DNA from: Burkholderiales bacterium
Lineage (GTDB): Bacteria; Pseudomonadota; Gammaproteobacteria; Burkholderiales; SG8-39
Direction: 5' to 3'
DNA length: 56,475 nucleotides
Assembly (NCBI GenBank): GCA_036524215.1
Contig: DATDCR010000295.1
Location: forward strand, 1 to 56,475
The notes below the pieces were generated by a model. That model had not been told where the DNA came from. It did no database searches and saw only the letters and a program-made list of their open reading frames with translations. This document shows, one piece after another, positions 52,384 through 56,475 of this stretch; the stretch's first letter is position 1, and the number at the start of each line of letters is the position of its first letter. The position numbers and the translations under genes are program-made.

Positions 52384-53670
52384 TCAGCGGCCGTAGAAGA
52401 ACTGCACGAGGCCCATGCCGGTGACCGGCACGTAAGTCACGAGCAGAAGCACGGCGAGTAGCACGCCGATGAACCAGACGTTCACTCGCGTGACTTCCCA
52501 AACGCTCGACTTCGCTATCGAGCAGGCCACCATCAGCACGCTCGCCACGGGCGGCGTCTGCTGGCCGATGCCGAGGTTCACGGTCACGATAAGGCCGAAG
52601 TGCACCGGGTCGATACCGACGGAGCGCACCAGCGGCATGACCACGGGCACCACCAGGATGATGGCGGCCGCCGAGTGCAAGAACATGCCCAGAACCAGGA
52701 ACAGCACGTTGAGCAGCGCGAGGACGAGCCACTTGTTGCTTGTAAGGTCGGACACCGCCTTGGCAAGATGCTGCGGCGCCTGGATCTCGGTCAGATAGGT
52801 GCCGAGGAGGGCAGAGGTCGCAACGAGCAGCATCACGACCGCGGTCTGCACGCCGCCTTCGATCATCGCGGCCTTGAGGTGCGCGAGGTCGAGCTCGCGA
52901 TAGACGACCAGGCCGATGAAGAGTGCCGCGAGCACCGCCAGCGCAGCGCCTTCGGTCGCGGTCACCACGCCGCCGAAGATGGCGCCGAGGATGATCATCG
53001 GCAGAGTGAAGGCCCAGAATGCCTCCCGAAAGGTCCGCCTGACACGAGCCCATTGCAGCTTCTCCTCAACCGGCAGGTTGTAGCGGCGCGCGAACCAGTA
53101 GGCCATGCCCATCAGGCCGAGGCCGCCGAGCAGGCCCGGCACGATGCCGGCGACGAAGAGCTGCACGACCGAGGTCTCGGCCATCACCGCGTACAGGATC
53201 ATCGGAATCGAGGGCGGGATGATGACGGCGAGCGTGGCCGCCGAAGACATGATCGCCGCGGCGAGCGGGCTCGGATAGCCCTTGCTCTTCATGGCGGGAA
53301 TCAGGATCGAGCCGAGCGCCGACACGTCGGCCACCGCCGAGCCCGAGATCTCCGCGAAGAAGAGCGAGGTGCCGATCGACACCATCGCCAGGCCGCCGCG
53401 GATGAAGCCGAGGATGGAGCTGGCGAAAGCGATCAGGCGCTGCGAGATGCCCGAAGCATTCATGATCGCGCCCGCCAGGATGAAGAGCGGGATGGCGATC
53501 AGCGGAAAACTCGTCGCGCCGTTGTAGAGCACCACGGGCAGGTTGGGAAGCGAGTCGAGGCCCTGCGTGATAATCATGGCCGAGAGGGCCACGATGCCGA
53601 GCGCGACCGCGATGGGTACGTCGATGATGACGAGCGCCAGGACGCAGACGAAAAGGAGCAGGATGGCCAT
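52384..53670 (-). CDS. TRAP transporter large permease (DctM-type), second system
   Basis: 428-aa polytopic ORF whose ATG overlaps the upstream small-permease stop (ATGA). Confidence 0.9.
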   Translation of the reverse strand: MAILLLFVCVLALVIIDVPIAVALGIVALSAMIITQGLDSLPNLPVVLYNGATSFPLIAIPLFILAGAIMNASGISQRLIAFASSILGFIRGGLAMVSIGTSLFFAEISGSAVADVSALGSILIPAMKSKGYPSPLAAAIMSSAATLAVIIPPSIPMILYAVMAETSVVQLFVAGIVPGLLGGLGLMGMAYWFARRYNLPVEEKLQWARVRRTFREAFWAFTLPMIILGAIFGGVVTATEGAALAVLAALFIGLVVYRELDLAHLKAAMIEGGVQTAVVMLLVATSALLGTYLTEIQAPQHLAKAVSDLTSNKWLVLALLNVLFLVLGMFLHSAAAIILVVPVVMPLVRSVGIDPVHFGLIVTVNLGIGQQTPPVASVLMVACSIAKSSVWEVTRVNVWFIGVLLAVLLLVTYVPVTGMGLVQFFYGR

Positions 53671-54176
53671 CAGTGCGAAGCGTCGCCGGTGGAGGCGGCG
53701 TGGCCGACGCGCGCGAGATGCAGGGCGATCGGCAGGGACAGAAGCTCAGCGAGGATGATCAGCACGGCGCTGATCGGGATGACCGACTGCACCCAGGCGA
53801 CCGACACGTCGGACAGGCTGATCAGGTGGTCGGTGGCCAGCACGTCGAGGATGGCGTAGCCCATCCAGCCCAGCAGGGCGAAGAACAGCACGAAGAGCGT
53901 AGACGCCACGAGGCGTGCCGTGACGCGCACATTCGGCCCGAACAGCGCGACGACCTCGGGGCAGCCGATATGCGCGCGCTTCACGGCGGCGAGCGCCGAG
54001 CCGTAGAAGGTGAGCCAGGCGAGCAGGATCGACGCCACCTCGTCGTACCAGGACAAAGAGGCGCCGATCGTGCGGTAGATGATGCCTAAGGTGACTTCCA
54101 CGGCCAGGATCGCCATCAGCGCGATGACGATCCATTCCAGCACGCGCTCGTAGCGCCTGCGCAGCTGCTCCACCAC
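53670..54176 (-). CDS. TRAP transporter small permease (DctQ-type), second system
   Basis: C-terminal two-thirds of ORF 53670..54443. GTG 54176 lies 8 nt after the DctP-type TAG. Gives (M)VEQLRRRYERVLEWIVIALMAILAV..., about 168 aa with 4 TM segments. Confidence 0.8.
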   Translation of the reverse strand: MVEQLRRRYERVLEWIVIALMAILAVEVTLGIIYRTIGASLSWYDEVASILLAWLTFYGSALAAVKRAHIGCPEVVALFGPNVRVTARLVASTLFVLFFALLGWMGYAILDVLATDHLISLSDVSVAWVQSVIPISAVLIILAELLSLPIALHLARVGHAASTGDASH

Positions 54177-54184
54177 GACGCGCC

Positions 54185-55162
54185 CTACTTCTTGCCGAGC
54201 GCGATGGCGCGGTCGATGATTTCCTTCGCGCCCGGGACTTCCTTGGCGAACTCGTCGTAGACGGGCTTGGACGCGGCGATGAAGGCGTCCTTGTTCGCTT
54301 CGTTCACCTGGATGCTGCCGCTTGCCTTCATCTTCTGCAGCAGGATCTCGTCGTCCTTGGCCGCTTTCTCGTAAACCCACGCCTGCACATCTTTCGCCGT
54401 GGCGTCGAGCGTCTTGCGAACCTCGGCCGGGAAGCTGTTCCATTTCTTCAGCCCGACTGCGAGATAGGCCGGCGAATATACGTGGCCTGTCAGCGAGAGA
54501 TACTTCTGTACCTCATAGAACTTGGCGCTGGCGATCTGGGCGAACGGGTTCTCCTGACCATCCATCACGCCGGTCTGCAGGGCGGTGAACACCTCGGAGA
54601 ACTTCATCGGCGAGGGGTTGGCCCCGTAGGCCTGGAACATCTTCACGCGCCACTTGCCTTCCGGCACGCGCAGCTTGATGCCCTGCAGGTCCTTCGGCGT
54701 GACGATCGGGTGCTTGTTGTTGGTGATGTGGCGAAAGCCGTTCTCCCAGATGGCGAGCAGCTTCAAGCCCTTTTTCTCCACGACCGGCTCCATCTTGGAC
54801 CAGAAGAGCTCCTTCTCGATGCGCTTCATGTGCTCCCGATCCTTGACGAGATAGGGCATCTCGAAAACGCCGAAGATGTCCGCCTCGGACGACATCACGG
54901 TCGAGGGCTCGGCGAAGTCCACCGTGCCGAGCTTCAGCTTCTGCAGCAGCTCCTTGTCGCCGCCGAGTTGGCTCGAGCCGTACGTGACGATCTTGTACTT
55001 GCCGCCCAGCTTGTCGTTCGCGCGCTTGGCGAACTCGTCCGCCGCTGCGCCGATGAGCGAGCCCGGCTCGCCCACGTGGCCGAGCTTGAGCTCGGTCTGC
55101 GCATAAGCGCTGACAGCCAAGAAAGCGGCCGCCGCTGCCACGATGCTGATTCGCAGATTCAT
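54185..55162 (-). CDS. TRAP transporter substrate-binding protein (DctP-type), second system
   Basis: ORF 54185..55228. ATG 55162 follows aggaggagg. Signal peptide (MNLRISIVAAAAAFLAVSAYA). The carboxylate-binding region NGFRHIT is present. Confidence 0.9.
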   Translation of the reverse strand: MNLRISIVAAAAAFLAVSAYAQTELKLGHVGEPGSLIGAAADEFAKRANDKLGGKYKIVTYGSSQLGGDKELLQKLKLGTVDFAEPSTVMSSEADIFGVFEMPYLVKDREHMKRIEKELFWSKMEPVVEKKGLKLLAIWENGFRHITNNKHPIVTPKDLQGIKLRVPEGKWRVKMFQAYGANPSPMKFSEVFTALQTGVMDGQENPFAQIASAKFYEVQKYLSLTGHVYSPAYLAVGLKKWNSFPAEVRKTLDATAKDVQAWVYEKAAKDDEILLQKMKASGSIQVNEANKDAFIAASKPVYDEFAKEVPGAKEIIDRAIALGKK

Positions 55163-55187
55163 GGTCCTCCTCCTGTTCGTTATGGAA

Positions 55188-56387
55188 CTACGCCGCGGCG
55201 CGAGCCGGCTTGCCGTGACATTCGGCAAGATAAGCCATCGCGGCCTGAACGCCCTCCTTCTTTACCGGAACGCCGGCCAAGGCAAGCCCCATTTCGACGC
55301 CAGCCAGCGTGCCCATCAGCGCCAGATCGTTGAAATCGCCGAGGTGGCCGATGCGAAACACCTTGCCGGCGAGCTTCCCCAATCCAGTGCCGAGGGACAT
55401 GTCGAAGGCGTGCAGGATGATCTTGCGCGCGCGATCGGCATCGTGGCCGGCCGGCATCATCACTGCGGTCAGCGAGGCGGAATACTCGCGCGGATCGAGC
55501 GCGAGTACCTCGAGGCCCCAGGCGCGCACCGCGCGGCGCGTTGCCTCGGCATGGCGCTGATGGCGGGCGAACACGGCATCCAGTCCTTCTTCCTCGAGGA
55601 GCATGTGCAGCGCTTCGCGCAAGCCGTACAGGAGGTTCGTCGCCGGGGTGTAAGGGAAGTAACCGTTGCGGCCGTTGTCGATCATCTCCTGCCAGGCCCA
55701 GTAGCTGCGCGGCAGCTTGGCCGCCTTCGATGCGGCGAGCGCTTTGGCGGAGATGCAGTTGAAAGACAGCCCGGGGGGCAACATCAGGCCCTTCTGCGAC
55801 CCGGCGACAGTCACGTCGACGCCCCAGTCGTCGTGCCGATAATCGATCGAGGCGAGCGACGAGATCGTGTCGACCATGAGGAGTGCCGGGTGCGAGGCCG
55901 CGTCGATCGCTTGCCGCACGTCCGCGATGCGCGAGGTCACGCCGGTCGATGTCTCGTTGTGGACAACGCAAACGGCCTTGATGCGCTTCTCGCTGTCGGC
56001 GCGCAGGCGCTGCTCGATGGCCTGCGAATCGGCACCATGGCGCCAGTCACCTGGAATGAAATCCACCTGCAAGCCGAGCTTCGCGGCCATCTTCTGCCAC
56101 AGCGTGGCGAAGTGACCGGTTTCGACCATCAGCACGCGATCGCCTGCGGACAAGCTATTGACGAGCGCCGCTTCCCACGCGCCCGTGCCGGACGCGGGGT
56201 AGATCACGACTTCACCGCGCGTCGACTTGAAGACTTGCTTCATGCCGGCCAGCACCGCCTTGCCGAGCTCGCCGAATTCCGGTCCGCGATGGTCGATCGT
56301 CGCCGAGTCGATGGCGCGAAGCACTCGCTCCGGAACATTGGTCGGTCCCGGGATCTGTAGAAAATGGCGGCCAGCTCTGTAGGTCAT
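55188..56387 (-). CDS. class V aminotransferase (serine-glyoxylate / serine-pyruvate aminotransferase family)
   Basis: ORF 55188..56444. The likely start is ATG 56387 (MTYRAGRHFLQIPGPTNVPERVL). The PLP-lysine region is VAGSQKGLMLPPG. Confidence 0.85.
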   Translation of the reverse strand: MTYRAGRHFLQIPGPTNVPERVLRAIDSATIDHRGPEFGELGKAVLAGMKQVFKSTRGEVVIYPASGTGAWEAALVNSLSAGDRVLMVETGHFATLWQKMAAKLGLQVDFIPGDWRHGADSQAIEQRLRADSEKRIKAVCVVHNETSTGVTSRIADVRQAIDAASHPALLMVDTISSLASIDYRHDDWGVDVTVAGSQKGLMLPPGLSFNCISAKALAASKAAKLPRSYWAWQEMIDNGRNGYFPYTPATNLLYGLREALHMLLEEEGLDAVFARHQRHAEATRRAVRAWGLEVLALDPREYSASLTAVMMPAGHDADRARKIILHAFDMSLGTGLGKLAGKVFRIGHLGDFNDLALMGTLAGVEMGLALAGVPVKKEGVQAAMAYLAECHGKPARAAA

Positions 56388-56475
56388 TTGAAGACGTCCC
56401 GGGTGACTTTTTTGCATTCTGCATACAAAATACAAGCCGTGCAAGACGCCCTTGGCCCAATCTCGCGCAAGCCAC

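Overview
High-GC proteobacterial chromosome segment covering the replication-origin neighbourhood. The gene order most resembles Betaproteobacteria. Almost every base is accounted for by tightly packed housekeeping and metabolic genes.

Left to right:
- amtB 3' end.
- A MarR-linked five-gene aromatic ring-cleavage operon: FAH-family hydrolase, GST-zeta isomerase, ligA, ligB, ligC.
- A thioesterase, then metH.
- A 33-aa bTHX ribosomal protein gene that is too short for the ORF track.
- The minus-strand block def-fmt-rsmB-DUF4390-ntrY-ntrX.
- lysM-dprA-smg-topB.
- gyrB-dnaN-dnaA (minus strand) diverging from rpmH-rnpA-yidD-yidC-mnmE.
- pckG and an MFS gene.
- mnmG-rsmG-parA-parB-atpIBEFHAGDC.
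- A small ORF, then glpD-HAD-TauE and a Dabb protein.
- A CoA-transferase plus TRAP transporter operon, convergent with a second aminotransferase plus TRAP operon.

I saw no rRNA, tRNA, CRISPR array, transposase, integrase, phage gene or recognisable defence gene. I did not find a convincing undescribed multi-gene system, and the window reads as core genome.

The observations most worth a second look:
1. A roughly 120-nt metH leader with a near-consensus promoter, an intrinsic terminator and a 10-nt competing pairing. It matches no riboswitch class I can recognise by eye.
2. ligABC translationally coupled to gentisate-type lower-pathway enzymes, with no ligI/U/J/K in view.
3. An NtrX-like response regulator whose AAA+ domain has lost Walker A, Walker B and the GAFTGA loop.
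4. Three genes (fmt, rnpA, one TRAP small permease) whose conserved N-termini can only be reached from CTG codons.
5. Six of seven convergent gene pairs ending back-to-back with 0-3 nt spacing or a 4-nt overlap, four of them on CTAG or TGATCA stop-stop palindromes.

The many long ORFs antisense to real genes are high-GC artefacts.
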